Shown here piece by piece: positions 50,929 through 60,346 of a stretch of DNA of 64,000 bases. Under the pieces are notes generated by a model. The model made no database searches, was not told the DNA's origin, and saw nothing but the letters and a program-made list of their open reading frames with translations. The stretch comes from Candidatus Fermentithermobacillaceae bacterium. GTDB taxonomy: Bacteria > Bacillota > Sulfobacillia > Fermentithermobacillales > DUSS01. The position numbers and the translations under genes were made by a program. Every line of letters starts with the position of its first letter. Positions within the stretch are counted from its first letter, which is position 1. The stretch spans positions 17,068-81,067 of the forward strand of contig JADBKE010000019.1 in NCBI GenBank assembly GCA_014896535.1, in the 5' to 3' direction.

Positions 50929-51006
50929 CGGGCACTGTCGCACGCGGCAGGAACGCAGCGGCGCTCCGTGGAACATAGTACCAATCCTGTGTGGGGAGGG
51001 TCGCCC

Positions 51007-51549
51007 GTGCTCACTCCGCTCGATATCCACAACAAGGAGTTCAAGAGGTCTTTCCGGGGTTATAGCGAGGAGGAAGTAGATGAGTTCCTCGACCTTGTGG
51101 TCGCTGAGTTCGAGAGGCTTTTGAGGGAAAACGAGGATCTCAAAGCCAAGAACGCCGATCTCGATGCGAGGTTGCAGCACTACAAGACGATAGAGGAAAC
51201 GCTTCAAAACGCCATAGTGGTGGCCCAGCAAGCAGCCGACGAGCTCAAAGCTGCGGCTCGAAGAGAAGCGGCGGTCATCAAGGAGCAAGCCGAAATCGAG
51301 GCCCGCAAGATCAAAGAAAGAGCCGAACGAGAAGCCGCTTCCATTCTCAACCGCGTTTCTGAAGCCAGGCAAACCCTGGGTCGGTTCAACGCCGAGCTCA
51401 AGGCGCTGCTGCGCACGTATCTGGACATGCTCGAGAAAGCGACTGCGTCGATGGAGGCGGCGCTTGCGGCCCCGTTTGTCGAAACGGCCGCAGCAAGGGC
51501 GAAAGTTTCGGAAACCTTTAAAGCCGAAAACGACGAAAACGGGGAATGA
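51007..51549 (+). CDS. divIVA: DivIVA domain protein
   Basis: LTPLDIHNKEFKRSFRGYSEEEVDEFLD + coiled coil. Confidence 0.93.
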   Translation: MLTPLDIHNKEFKRSFRGYSEEEVDEFLDLVVAEFERLLRENEDLKAKNADLDARLQHYKTIEETLQNAIVVAQQAADELKAAARREAAVIKEQAEIEARKIKERAEREAASILNRVSEARQTLGRFNAELKALLRTYLDMLEKATASMEAALAAPFVETAAARAKVSETFKAENDENGE

Positions 51550-51556
51550 TGTTTCT

Positions 51557-51907
51557 TTGCCCGAGCCGGAAACTTTAAATCCAGATCGAGTTCTGGATGA
51601 GATTGGAGCCCGCGAGGAAAGCGGGGGAGTGAGCTTTTGTGTAAAGGCGATCCCCAAGTCCGGCGCAAATTCCGTGAAAATCGCCCCCGGTGGTCTCACC
51701 ATCAAACTGAAGTCACCACCCGTCGACGGAAAAGCCAACGAAGATCTCCGCCGTTTTCTCGCATCCGTTCTCGGGGTTTGTCCCGGGGCCGTCGCCATCA
51801 CGTCTGGCGAAACATCCAGACGCAAGAGGGTTTTCATCCGGGGGCTCACGAGGCAAGGCCTCTTACAAGCCCTGGCGTCGGCAAAGTCACCGGAAAAACT
51901 CCGCTGA
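51557..51907 (+). CDS. DUF167 (YggU) protein
   Basis: SPPVDGKANE, GETSRRK. Confidence 0.85.
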   Translation: MPEPETLNPDRVLDEIGAREESGGVSFCVKAIPKSGANSVKIAPGGLTIKLKSPPVDGKANEDLRRFLASVLGVCPGAVAITSGETSRRKRVFIRGLTRQGLLQALASAKSPEKLR

Positions 51908-52064
51908 GTGATAGAGATTCCCGACTGCGCGAGGCCCGGTGCGCTTGTTTACCCGCATCGTCGGTCATTGGCAGGTTTTCTTTACCGACAAAAGGGTGAT
52001 AGAATATCGAAAATCGCGGCTGTACCTTGGGCCGCCGAAGCTACCGAACAGATGGGTGATAGAC

Positions 52065-54938
52065 TTGGCGGAGACGAACAGCAAAAAGAGTTTTTCGGAG
52101 ACGCTCAACCTTCCCAAGACCGATTTTCCGATGAAGGCCAATTTGCCCGTTCGCGAGCCAGAGATCGAGGCTCTGTGGAAAGATAAGGATCTTTACGGAG
52201 AAATCCGGCGGGCAAGGGCCGGTGCCCCCAAGTTCATCTTGCACGACGGGCCCCCTTATGCCAACGCTCCCATCCACCTGGGACAGGCCTTGAACAAGAC
52301 CCTCAAAGATATCACCGTGAAATTTCAGACGATGACGGGTCATGATGCCCCGTTTGTCCCCGGGTGGGACTGCCACGGTTTACCCATCGAGTTGCGCGTG
52401 CTGACGACTATGGGGTTGAAAAGGCACGAGATAGACCCGGTTGAACTGAGGAAAAAGTGCAGGGAGTTCGCGCTGCGCTACGTCGACCTGCAAAGGGAAC
52501 AATTCAAGCGCCTGGGAGTATCGGGCGATTGGGAAAACCCCTACCTCACCCTGGATCCGGGATACGAGGCGAGACAGATCCGGGTCTTCGGGGAGATGAT
52601 GAAAAAGGGATACCTGTACAGAGGCCTAAAACCCGTCTACTGGTGCCCGGAATGCGAGACGGCTTTGGCCGAGGCTGAGGTGGAATACGCGGATACGACG
52701 TCGCCCTCGATCTTCGTGTCCTTCCCGGTCGTGGATACCAAGGGCAAGATTCCGGCGGGTATCGAGTTCCTCGCGTGGACGACTACGCCCTGGACTCTGC
52801 CGGCCAATGTCGCGGTGTGCCTTCACCCGGAAGAGTTTTACAGAGCGGTCCGTACCCAACGTGGGGTATTTCTCGCAGCCGAAAAGAGGTTAAAAGCCGT
52901 CCTCGAATCGCTGAATTTGGAAGGGGAGCTTCTCGAAGAACGTTGGAAGGGCGCTGACCTCGAAGGCGTGGTCGTAGGTCATCCGCTCTTCGACGACAGA
53001 ACATCGCTGGTCATTGTAGGAAAACATGTCAGCATGGATGAGGGTACGGGCCTGGTTCACACCGCACCGGGTCACGGCGAGGAAGACTTTGAAGCGGCGA
53101 AGCCCTATGGTCTGCCAGTGGTCATGCCCATCGATGAGAAGGGGTTCTTCAGCGCCGAGGCCGGAAAATTCGCGGGCTTGAGATACGACGAGGCCGAAGA
53201 GCCCATCCTTAACGAGCTCGAAGCAAGGGGAAGATTGTGGGGACGAGGCCGGATCGTGCACTCCTATCCCCACTGCTGGAGATGTAAAGGCGAAATCATT
53301 TACCGGGCTACTACCCAGTGGTTTGCGTCGATTTCCGGGATCAAAGAACAAATGCTCCAGGAGATCCAGCGCGTCTCGTGGATCCCCGAAGTTACTCGGG
53401 AGAGGATTTCTGGAACCGTCAGAGAACGCCCGGATTGGTGCATCTCCAGGCAGCGCGTGTGGGGCGTACCGCTTCCCGTGTTTTACTGCGAGAAGTGCGG
53501 AAAACCGCTTGTCAGCGAAGAGAGCATAAACAGAGTGGCGGAGCTGTTCGAGAGGGAGGGTTCCGACGCCTGGTTCTCCCGGAGCGCCGAGGAGATTTTG
53601 CCCCCGGAGGCTTCGTGCGAGTCTTGTGGTAGTCGCAAATTCCGCAAAGAGACCGACACGATGGATGTCTGGTTCGACTCGGGTTCTTCCCACTACGCCG
53701 TCCTCGATTCGAGAAAGGAGCTGGCCTGGCCGGCGGACTTGTATCTTGAAGGTTCGGACCAACATCGCGGTTGGTTCCAGTCCTCGCTCATCACCGGGAT
53801 GGCGATAAGGGGTAAAGCTCCGTACAGAGCCGTGCTCACCCATGGTTTCGTCGTGGACGGAGAAGGACGGAAGATGTCCAAGTCGCTGGGCAACGTCATA
53901 GACCCGGAAGAGGTCATGAAAAAGTATGGCGCCGACATCCTGAGGCTGTGGGCCGCCTCGTCCGACTTCACCGGCGACGTGAGGGTGTCCGAACTCATCA
54001 TCGACCAGATGGCGGAAGTCTATCGGAAGATCAGGAACACCATCAGGTTCATCCTGGGTAACCTGCGGGACTTTGACCCTGCCCTTCATCTTTCCGGCGA
54101 AGTTCGCTATCGCGAAATCGATCGCTGGGCCCTGGGGGTGCTGAACGAACTCATCCGCAGGGTCACCCGGCACTACCAGAACTACCAGTACCACCTGCTT
54201 TACCACGAGATCCACAACTTCTGCGTCATCACCATGTCTTCGTTGTACCTGGACGTCATCAAGGATCGTCTGTACTGCGAAAAACCTGACCACCCGGAGA
54301 GACGGGCCGCGCAGGCAACCCTCTGGAAGATCGGGAGGGCGCTTTTGGGTCTCATCGCTCCGGTTCTGGTGCACACGGCTGACGAGGCGTGGCAGTACTT
54401 CCCCAAGGCGCAGGGGGACCCGTGGAGCGTTCATCTCAGCCGATGGCCCGAACCGGACGTGGCCTTTGATGACCCTGCTCTGATGGAAAAGTGGGAGCGG
54501 CTGCTGAAGGTGCGGTCGGTCATCACGAAGGCTCTGGAAATGGCCAGGGAAAAGAAACTCGTAGGCGCTTCCCTGGAAACCGAAATCGTCTTGCAAGCCA
54601 CTGACAGAGACGTGTGGCGTGTTCTCAGGGACTCTATAGAACTGTTACCGGAGTTTTTCATCGTTTCGGCGGTATCCGTCGTACCCGGGCCCGGTATCGG
54701 GGAACCCGCCCAGTCCGGCGTGTCGTCGGCCCTGGTGGAAACGCGTTCTCAAGTTTCGGATGACAGAGAGGCTTTTCATTTGGTCGATTTGGAGGGTGCC
54801 GGTGTGAAAGTATCGGTTTTCCGAGCTCGAGGGCAGAAGTGTGCGAGGTGCTGGGCTTACTCTGTCCAGGCCCGGAAGGACGATGAGGCCACCTTGTGCC
54901 CGAGGTGCTACAGGACTCTTGAGGAGTTACGCAGGTGA
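52065..54938 (+). CDS. ileS: Isoleucyl-tRNA synthetase (type 1)
   Basis: TLNLPKTDFPM, HDGPPYAN, GWDCHGLPIE, WTTTPWT, WCISRQR, EGSDQHRGWF, KMSKS, C-terminal Zn finger. Confidence 0.97.
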   Translation: MAETNSKKSFSETLNLPKTDFPMKANLPVREPEIEALWKDKDLYGEIRRARAGAPKFILHDGPPYANAPIHLGQALNKTLKDITVKFQTMTGHDAPFVPGWDCHGLPIELRVLTTMGLKRHEIDPVELRKKCREFALRYVDLQREQFKRLGVSGDWENPYLTLDPGYEARQIRVFGEMMKKGYLYRGLKPVYWCPECETALAEAEVEYADTTSPSIFVSFPVVDTKGKIPAGIEFLAWTTTPWTLPANVAVCLHPEEFYRAVRTQRGVFLAAEKRLKAVLESLNLEGELLEERWKGADLEGVVVGHPLFDDRTSLVIVGKHVSMDEGTGLVHTAPGHGEEDFEAAKPYGLPVVMPIDEKGFFSAEAGKFAGLRYDEAEEPILNELEARGRLWGRGRIVHSYPHCWRCKGEIIYRATTQWFASISGIKEQMLQEIQRVSWIPEVTRERISGTVRERPDWCISRQRVWGVPLPVFYCEKCGKPLVSEESINRVAELFEREGSDAWFSRSAEEILPPEASCESCGSRKFRKETDTMDVWFDSGSSHYAVLDSRKELAWPADLYLEGSDQHRGWFQSSLITGMAIRGKAPYRAVLTHGFVVDGEGRKMSKSLGNVIDPEEVMKKYGADILRLWAASSDFTGDVRVSELIIDQMAEVYRKIRNTIRFILGNLRDFDPALHLSGEVRYREIDRWALGVLNELIRRVTRHYQNYQYHLLYHEIHNFCVITMSSLYLDVIKDRLYCEKPDHPERRAAQATLWKIGRALLGLIAPVLVHTADEAWQYFPKAQGDPWSVHLSRWPEPDVAFDDPALMEKWERLLKVRSVITKALEMAREKKLVGASLETEIVLQATDRDVWRVLRDSIELLPEFFIVSAVSVVPGPGIGEPAQSGVSSALVETRSQVSDDREAFHLVDLEGAGVKVSVFRARGQKCARCWAYSVQARKDDEATLCPRCYRTLEELRR

Positions 54939-54975
54939 CGGGTTTGCGTTGGGCGCCGGCGTGAGAAGGAAGCGG

Positions 54976-55338
54976 GCCTAGAAGACCCTGCTCAGAGCCG
55001 GCATCTCTCTGGCCGGTGGGGCCGATTGTACGGTATAGCCCGTTGCGCCGCTCCTTGGGATCTACGCAGCGGCCACCGGGAAGAACGAGGGCGGCGAACC
55101 AGAACAGGGCCGGTATACGGTGGAGAAGCTGGATGTGGAAGAGGCGATAAAGTTGTTCACGAGCGGCGCAGCTTTCGCCGCCTTCCAGGAAGACCTGGCG
55201 GGTGTCATCGGACCGGGAAAGTTCTGCGACCTGACGGTGTTGAACCAAGACCCGCCGGCAGTCGCCGCGGACTAAATCAAGGACATCGAGGTGGTCATGA
55301 CCGTGGTGGGCGGCGAAGTGGCTTATTTGCAGGCATGA
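54976..55338 (+). pseudogene. C-terminal remnant of a YtcJ-like metal-dependent amidohydrolase
   Basis: One frame reads KTLLRAGISLAGGADCTV*PVAPLLGIYAA...EEAIKLFTSGAAFAAFQEDLAGVIGPGKFCDLTVL...*IKDIEVVMTVVGGEVAY; stops at 54979, 55036, 55273; N-terminal part absent. Confidence 0.8.
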
Positions 55339-56131
55339 GGATTCTTGCTCCGAGACCGCCTGCGAGGGTCAAGAGCAATCCCCCGAGGACCAGTCGCCGC
55401 CACAGGACGGCTGTTACCGCGAAGAAGAATTCCAACGGGAACATCTTGACGAGCCATTCTTTGGACGGGTCCAAAAGCCACAGATCGTTCGAGAAAGAGA
55501 GCCTGTGAAAGGCAGTCCACCAGTCCGAGAAATCAAGCACGGCCGGAACGGCCAGAAGAAGTGCGAGGACCAGCACGGCAACGCCTGCGAGCAGCGCCAC
55601 GCGGGCAAGATAGAAGCGAACGAAGTCTCTCAACGAATCCAGGACCGTCGCGGCTTTTTCCCTGCCGTTCACCGGGGAACGTCCCCGGCCACTGCTTGGT
55701 CGCAGCTGCCGGCCGCTGTCGGTCATCCACCACAAAGCAAAAGCGAGTCCTGCAAGACTGGGGGCGATGACATACAGTTTGTTTCTGAGAAAAATACCTT
55801 TGCAATAGAGTTCCCTCACGTCTGCCAGGTGCAGGATTTCCCTCCACCCGTAAAGTGGCCTCTCGCGGCCGTCGATGACGACTGTGATCTGCGGGGACTC
55901 GATTTCCCCTTGGAAGTACGAGACTAGGGCGCGCGCTGCCCTGAGAAGATCGTCCCGGGTCATATTCGTCTCATCGTCTATTCCCAGGCGTTCCCACTGT
56001 TCTTGCCATAAATCGATGTTGAGCGCGACCCCCTGGATCCCGAGAAGGAAGGCGAGAGCAACGACGCTCGCCGCCAGGATGGTACCGAGGACCACCAGCG
56101 CAACCCTGGCTGCTTTCCTTTGCCGTCCCAC
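55295..56131 (-). CDS. Integral membrane protein (DUF1461/TIGR01906-like)
   Basis: REILHLADVR, FHRLSFSNDLWLLDP...LVKMFP. Confidence 0.85.
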   Translation of the reverse strand: MGRQRKAARVALVVLGTILAASVVALAFLLGIQGVALNIDLWQEQWERLGIDDETNMTRDDLLRAARALVSYFQGEIESPQITVVIDGRERPLYGWREILHLADVRELYCKGIFLRNKLYVIAPSLAGLAFALWWMTDSGRQLRPSSGRGRSPVNGREKAATVLDSLRDFVRFYLARVALLAGVAVLVLALLLAVPAVLDFSDWWTAFHRLSFSNDLWLLDPSKEWLVKMFPLEFFFAVTAVLWRRLVLGGLLLTLAGGLGARILMPANKPLRRPPRS

Positions 56132-56189
56132 GCTCGATCACCCTGTTGAAAGTTCGCTAAAGCATCCCCGGATACCTGTTCCTCTCCGC

Positions 56190-56302
56190 TGCACCGGGAA
56201 TTCCTCGTCAGGCGGGGATTCTTCTCAGCGAAAGTGAAATACGCTGCCCCGAGGAAAAGTTGCACCGGGAATTCGTCGTAGGCGGGGGTTCTTTAACTCA
56301 GC
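56190..56302. repeat. Imperfect 40/42-bp direct repeat separated by a 31-bp insert
   Basis: TGCACCGGGAATTCCTCGTCAGGCGGGGATTCTTCTCAGC at 56190-56229 and TGCACCGGGAATTCGTCGTAGGCGGGGGTTCTTTAACTCAGC at 56261-56302. Confidence 0.85.
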
Positions 56303-56499
56303 AGACGGAATTCATGCATAATGGTCTAAGCAGTTATGCCGGTGATTCTTGGTGGACGATGTCTTTTCAACTGAGGCTTCGACTTCAAGGTTTAGCGGCT
56401 ACGGTTACCACAAGGGAGTGACGCGTGACTGCACCCGAACTCGGCTACACTGCCGGGCATACAATGGTGCGACATCACGGAGGAAGCGGGGGAGAAGCT

Positions 56500-57621
56500 G
56501 TGTCGGCCGTCAAGTCCTGCATCAAGCGAGTGTTCCCGGGCAATAACACGCCTCAGGGTTTCTACTCTTTCTACCATGAGATTCTTCCGCCCGACGCCAC
56601 CCGGGTTTTTGTGATCAAAGGCGGGCCGGGGGTCGGAAAGTCGACGTTCATGCAAAACATAGCCCGGGATCTGTTTGCCCTCGGGTACGCTACCGAGATT
56701 CATCACTGCTCTTCCGACAACAACTCCATCGACGGAGTGGTGTTTCCGCAACTCGGCATCGGAATAGTGGATGGGACATGGCCCCACGTTATGGATCCCA
56801 GAGCACCGGGAGCGGTGGATGAGATAGTCTGGCTGGGCCAGTTTTGGGATGAACAATCGGTGAGAGCCCACAAGCGGGAGATCCTTGCTCTCCAGAAAGA
56901 GCTGGAGCTCCTGTTCGCGAGGGCCTACCGGTACCTCAAAGCTGCCCAGGTCGTGTACGAGGACTGGGAATCGGTCAACACGCAAGCTCTGGACTTCGGT
57001 AAAGCGAATCTCCTGGCCCAGCAAGTTGTCGAGGAAAACTTTTCGGGACTCCCCGTGGCGAGGAAAGCGGGACGCGTGCGTCACCTCTTCGCCAGCGCCA
57101 TCACCCCCGACGGGATGGTAAACTACCTCGATACGATAGTCGGGAATTGTTCCAGGCGGTACGTGATCGAAGGAGACCCTGGCACCGGAAAATCATACCT
57201 TCTCGAAAAAGTGTCCAGGGCTGCGGTGGAGAGAGGTTTTTACGTTGAACTTTACCATTGTCCTCTGAATCCTGAAAAAGTCGAACACGTGCTCATACCG
57301 GGTTTGAGCCTGGCGCTGACCAAATCGATAGAGCCGCACACTTTCACTCCGCGCCCAGATGATACCATAGTGGATATGAACCAGTGCCTCGACATGGACG
57401 TCGTCGAAAAACACTACGCATCGGTGACCAGAGCCTCGGAGGCGTTCTCGAACCTGTTCAACACGGCGATCCATTATATCCAGCAGGCCAAGGCCCATCA
57501 CGATGTCCTTGAGGGGTTCTACACGCCTCATGTGGATTTCGAGGGCATCGACCGGCTCCGCCGGCAGATCGTCGAAAGGATCCTGGAGTACGCTAAAGAA
57601 AACGGAGCTATCCGCGAATGA
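56500..57621 (+). CDS. PRK06851-like tandem P-loop NTPase of unknown function
   Basis: FPGNNTPQGFYSF, GGPGVGKS, HCSSD, DGTWPH, second P-loop GDPGTGKS, HDVLE. Confidence 0.85.
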   Translation: MSAVKSCIKRVFPGNNTPQGFYSFYHEILPPDATRVFVIKGGPGVGKSTFMQNIARDLFALGYATEIHHCSSDNNSIDGVVFPQLGIGIVDGTWPHVMDPRAPGAVDEIVWLGQFWDEQSVRAHKREILALQKELELLFARAYRYLKAAQVVYEDWESVNTQALDFGKANLLAQQVVEENFSGLPVARKAGRVRHLFASAITPDGMVNYLDTIVGNCSRRYVIEGDPGTGKSYLLEKVSRAAVERGFYVELYHCPLNPEKVEHVLIPGLSLALTKSIEPHTFTPRPDDTIVDMNQCLDMDVVEKHYASVTRASEAFSNLFNTAIHYIQQAKAHHDVLEGFYTPHVDFEGIDRLRRQIVERILEYAKENGAIRE

Positions 57622-57640
57622 CGAGAAGAACCAGCGAACA

Positions 57641-57663
57641 CGACGGGCCCCCGGGGCCCGTCG
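57641..57663. terminator. Perfect 10-bp hairpin downstream of the PRK06851-like gene
   Basis: CGACGGGCCC-CCG-GGGCCCGTCG; no U-tract on +. Confidence 0.35.
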
Positions 57664-57982
57664 AAACATCACGTCGGTGATACTCGAAAAGACTTCTTGA
57701 ACTGTACCCAATTCCCATGCGCCGCCGGATTGCTAGAACGAGTACTATGTTCTCCAAGAGGCGATTGCCTCCAGCACCCGTTCTGTGAAGATTTGGGGGG
57801 CGCCCCGACAAGCGTGGGGTGGGGCTCACGTCCCTGAGAGCCTCGTCCCTGTCCGCGGGTTCGATGTAGTGCTGCCATGACGAAAAAGGAGGGGTTTTTC
57901 AACCCATGGAGAAGTTAGGTATCGTCGCCAGGTCCAGCATAAACTTTAGTCTGCCAGGTATCGGACAGGGGGTACTGTAACC

Positions 57983-58456
57983 GTGGTGCCAGGGCGTGAC
58001 GTGCGTAGTAGTTGGGACAGGCAAACGCAGTCGCTGCTCGAGCAGGCACTCCTCCTGGCCGTCAGGACCCACCGTGGCCAGGAGGACAAGGGTGGTGCGC
58101 CGTATATCCTCCACCCCTTGCGGGTGATGCTCTCCGTCGGTAAGCCGGTGGAAATGATCGCTGCGGTGCTCCATGATGCGATTGAGGATGGGGACCTGAC
58201 CCTCGAAGAGTTGAAGGGCGCGGGCTTCCCCGATGAGGTCATATCTGTACTGGATGCGCTGACGCGTCGGCTGGGAGAGTCCTACTCTGAGTATTTGGAT
58301 CGTGTGCGAGAAAACCCTACTGCGGTCAGGGTGAAAGTGGCCGACTTAAAGGACAATCTCGACGAGAGCCGCATTCCGAATCCGACCGACCGGGACCTCG
58401 AGCGGTTTGAGAAGTACCGGTGGGCTTTGGCAAAATTGCTTTCGCCGGAAAGCTAA
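57983..58456 (+). CDS. HD-domain protein, small alarmone hydrolase/Mesh1-like
   Basis: HRGQEDKGGAPYILHP, AVLHDAIED, VKVADLKDN. Confidence 0.85.
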   Translation: MVPGRDVRSSWDRQTQSLLEQALLLAVRTHRGQEDKGGAPYILHPLRVMLSVGKPVEMIAAVLHDAIEDGDLTLEELKGAGFPDEVISVLDALTRRLGESYSEYLDRVRENPTAVRVKVADLKDNLDESRIPNPTDRDLERFEKYRWALAKLLSPES

Positions 58457-59550
58457 GTCAAGACATTGCGAAGAGCGCTCACGAGAATTTCGTTCTCCGC
58501 CTGCGAACCGATGGTAATCCGTAGACAGGTCATTAGTCCCCAGGCGGAGGTAGGCCTCACTATGACCCCTTCCCGGAGCAGCTTTTGAAAGACAACCTGA
58601 CAGTCTCTGCCTGTGTCAACCATGATGAAATTTCCCCAGGTCCGGTAGACTTTCAAGCCCATCTTCCGAAACTCAGCCTGAAGATAAGTTTTTCCTTCCT
58701 CATTTACTCTCCGCGAGCGCTCTACGTGCTCCTGGTCGCTCAGAGCAGCCAGGGCGGCTGCCTGCCCTATGGCATTGACGTTAAATGAAAGTCTCACTCG
58801 ATTGAAAAATGCCTGCACCTCTTCGGGCACGAGTCCGTAGCCGACGCGGAGTCCCGCCAGCCCGTAAATTTTCGAGAACGTGTGCAACACCACAACCGGA
58901 AATCCCCGCTTGAGGTAGGGGAGGAGGTCTCCGTAATCGGGGTCGAGGACGTACTCATAATACGCCTCGTCGGCGACAACCAGCACGCCCTCGGGGATCT
59001 TGTTCATGAAGTCCTCCACCTCGGTGCGGGAAACCATCGCACCCGTGGGGTTGTTGGGATTGCAGATGAAAACCATCTTGGTCTTCTTGTTGATCTTCTC
59101 GGCCATTGCCGGCAGGTCGAGAAAGCCGTCCTTCAGCGGTACTTCCACGGGCGTGCCGCCTGCCAGAAGGACCGATGTCCGGTAAACCGGGAAAGAAGGG
59201 GCCGGCATGACTGCCTCGTCACCCGGAGATATAAATGTCTGACCGAGAAGGATGAGGATCTCGTCGGACCCGTTCCCCAGGATGATTTGGCTCTCCGATA
59301 CCCCGTATCTGGAAGCCAGCTCTTTTTTCAGCGCCCACGCAGAGGCGTCGGGGTAAATGTGAGCCTGGGTGGCCATTTCTCTTACCCGCTCAATAGCCTT
59401 CGGTGAGGGTCCCAGCGGGTTTTCGTTGGAGGCGAGTTTAATCACCCGCTCGAGGCCCAGTTCTCTTTTTACTTCATCAGCGGGCTTTCCCGGGATGTAC
59501 GGCGAGAGGCGGAATACTTCGGGGCGAACCAGTTTATCGTAGTTCAACAT
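58453..59550 (-). CDS. hisC: Histidinol-phosphate aminotransferase
   Basis: YIPGKP, KLASNENP, GNGSDE, NPNNPTG, DEAY, TFSKIYGLAGLRVGY; AGGAGG RBS. Confidence 0.95.
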   Translation of the reverse strand: MLNYDKLVRPEVFRLSPYIPGKPADEVKRELGLERVIKLASNENPLGPSPKAIERVREMATQAHIYPDASAWALKKELASRYGVSESQIILGNGSDEILILLGQTFISPGDEAVMPAPSFPVYRTSVLLAGGTPVEVPLKDGFLDLPAMAEKINKKTKMVFICNPNNPTGAMVSRTEVEDFMNKIPEGVLVVADEAYYEYVLDPDYGDLLPYLKRGFPVVVLHTFSKIYGLAGLRVGYGLVPEEVQAFFNRVRLSFNVNAIGQAAALAALSDQEHVERSRRVNEEGKTYLQAEFRKMGLKVYRTWGNFIMVDTGRDCQVVFQKLLREGVIVRPTSAWGLMTCLRITIGSQAENEILVSALRNVLT

Positions 59551-59779
59551 GACGACCTCCTGAAGTCCGGGCGCTTGGCCCGTGATAGACCGTGATAGAC
59601 GGCGGGCGGCACGCCCCGGCGGCGCCGGGAAATCGGTCGCCTCGCCGACGGTTTCTTCGCTTCGGGATGATTCTCCTTCCAGAGGGGCGATACCTGCCAG
59701 ACCGCGAGTTATGTCCGGGTCTCTAGGGAAGAAACATATCCGTAGACAGGAATCATATCCGTGGAGGCGACAGCCGCGA

Positions 59780-60346
59780 ATGACAAAGGAAAACAAAAGT
59801 GATGGTAAGCATGACACCAATAGCGACGTCAATAATAACGTCGATAGTGACGTCAGTAATGACGTGAACAATTACGTGAACAATTACGTGAACAATGACA
59901 CGAACGATGACAGGAACAATGACATGAGCAACGACATGAAGAAAGACATGAAGAGTGACATGAAGAATGACATGAAGAATGAGATCAAGAATGACACCAA
60001 GAGCCACGGCGTTTCGTTCGCAGTCCGCCCGTTCGACGCCTGTTCAGGCCAGGAAAACTCGGAAACACGCGGGTTGGAGCAGAAGCTCGCGTGGATCGCG
60101 TCGTATCTGGAGCGCTCCAAAATCGCCGAATACGTAGACCTGATGAATAAACCGGCGCGACTCGTGTATCTCAACCTGCTAGGCGGACTGGCTAGAGGGC
60201 TGGGACTCGCCGTAGGCTTCACGGTCCTCGGGGCCCTGGTGATCTACATTTTGACGAGAAGCTTCCTTCGCAACCTTCCGATCATCGGCGAGTTTCTGGG
60301 CGAGCTCGTCTACATAGTTCAGCAGTATTTGAGACACAGACCGTGA
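59780..60346 (+). CDS. DUF5665-like membrane protein with N-terminal tetrapeptide repeat extension
   Basis: LERSKIAEYVDLMNKP...NLLGGLARGLGLAVGFT...NLPIIGEF; GGAGG RBS before ATG 59780. Confidence 0.75.
   Translation: MTKENKSDGKHDTNSDVNNNVDSDVSNDVNNYVNNYVNNDTNDDRNNDMSNDMKKDMKSDMKNDMKNEIKNDTKSHGVSFAVRPFDACSGQENSETRGLEQKLAWIASYLERSKIAEYVDLMNKPARLVYLNLLGGLARGLGLAVGFTVLGALVIYILTRSFLRNLPIIGEFLGELVYIVQQYLRHRP
59813..60004 (+). repeat. 12-bp tandem array, 16 units (consensus approx. GACRTGAASAAT)
   Basis: e.g. GACGTGAACAAT TACGTGAACAAT TACGTGAACAAT ... GACATGAAGAAT GACATGAAGAAT GAGATCAAGAAT. Confidence 0.95.

Noticed and set aside
54979-55038. In-frame TAG codons as possible pyrrolysine recoding
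   Set aside because: The same frame also has a TAA and lacks its N-terminal part; simple decay explains it.
59580-59766. Short repeats CCGTGATAGA x2 and CATATCCGT x2
   Set aside because: Short two-copy repeats compatible with slippage; no function inferable.
59551-59871. N-terminal extension of hisC in the ORF track
   Set aside because: It runs through the antisense of the tandem array; a good RBS supports the ATG at 59550.
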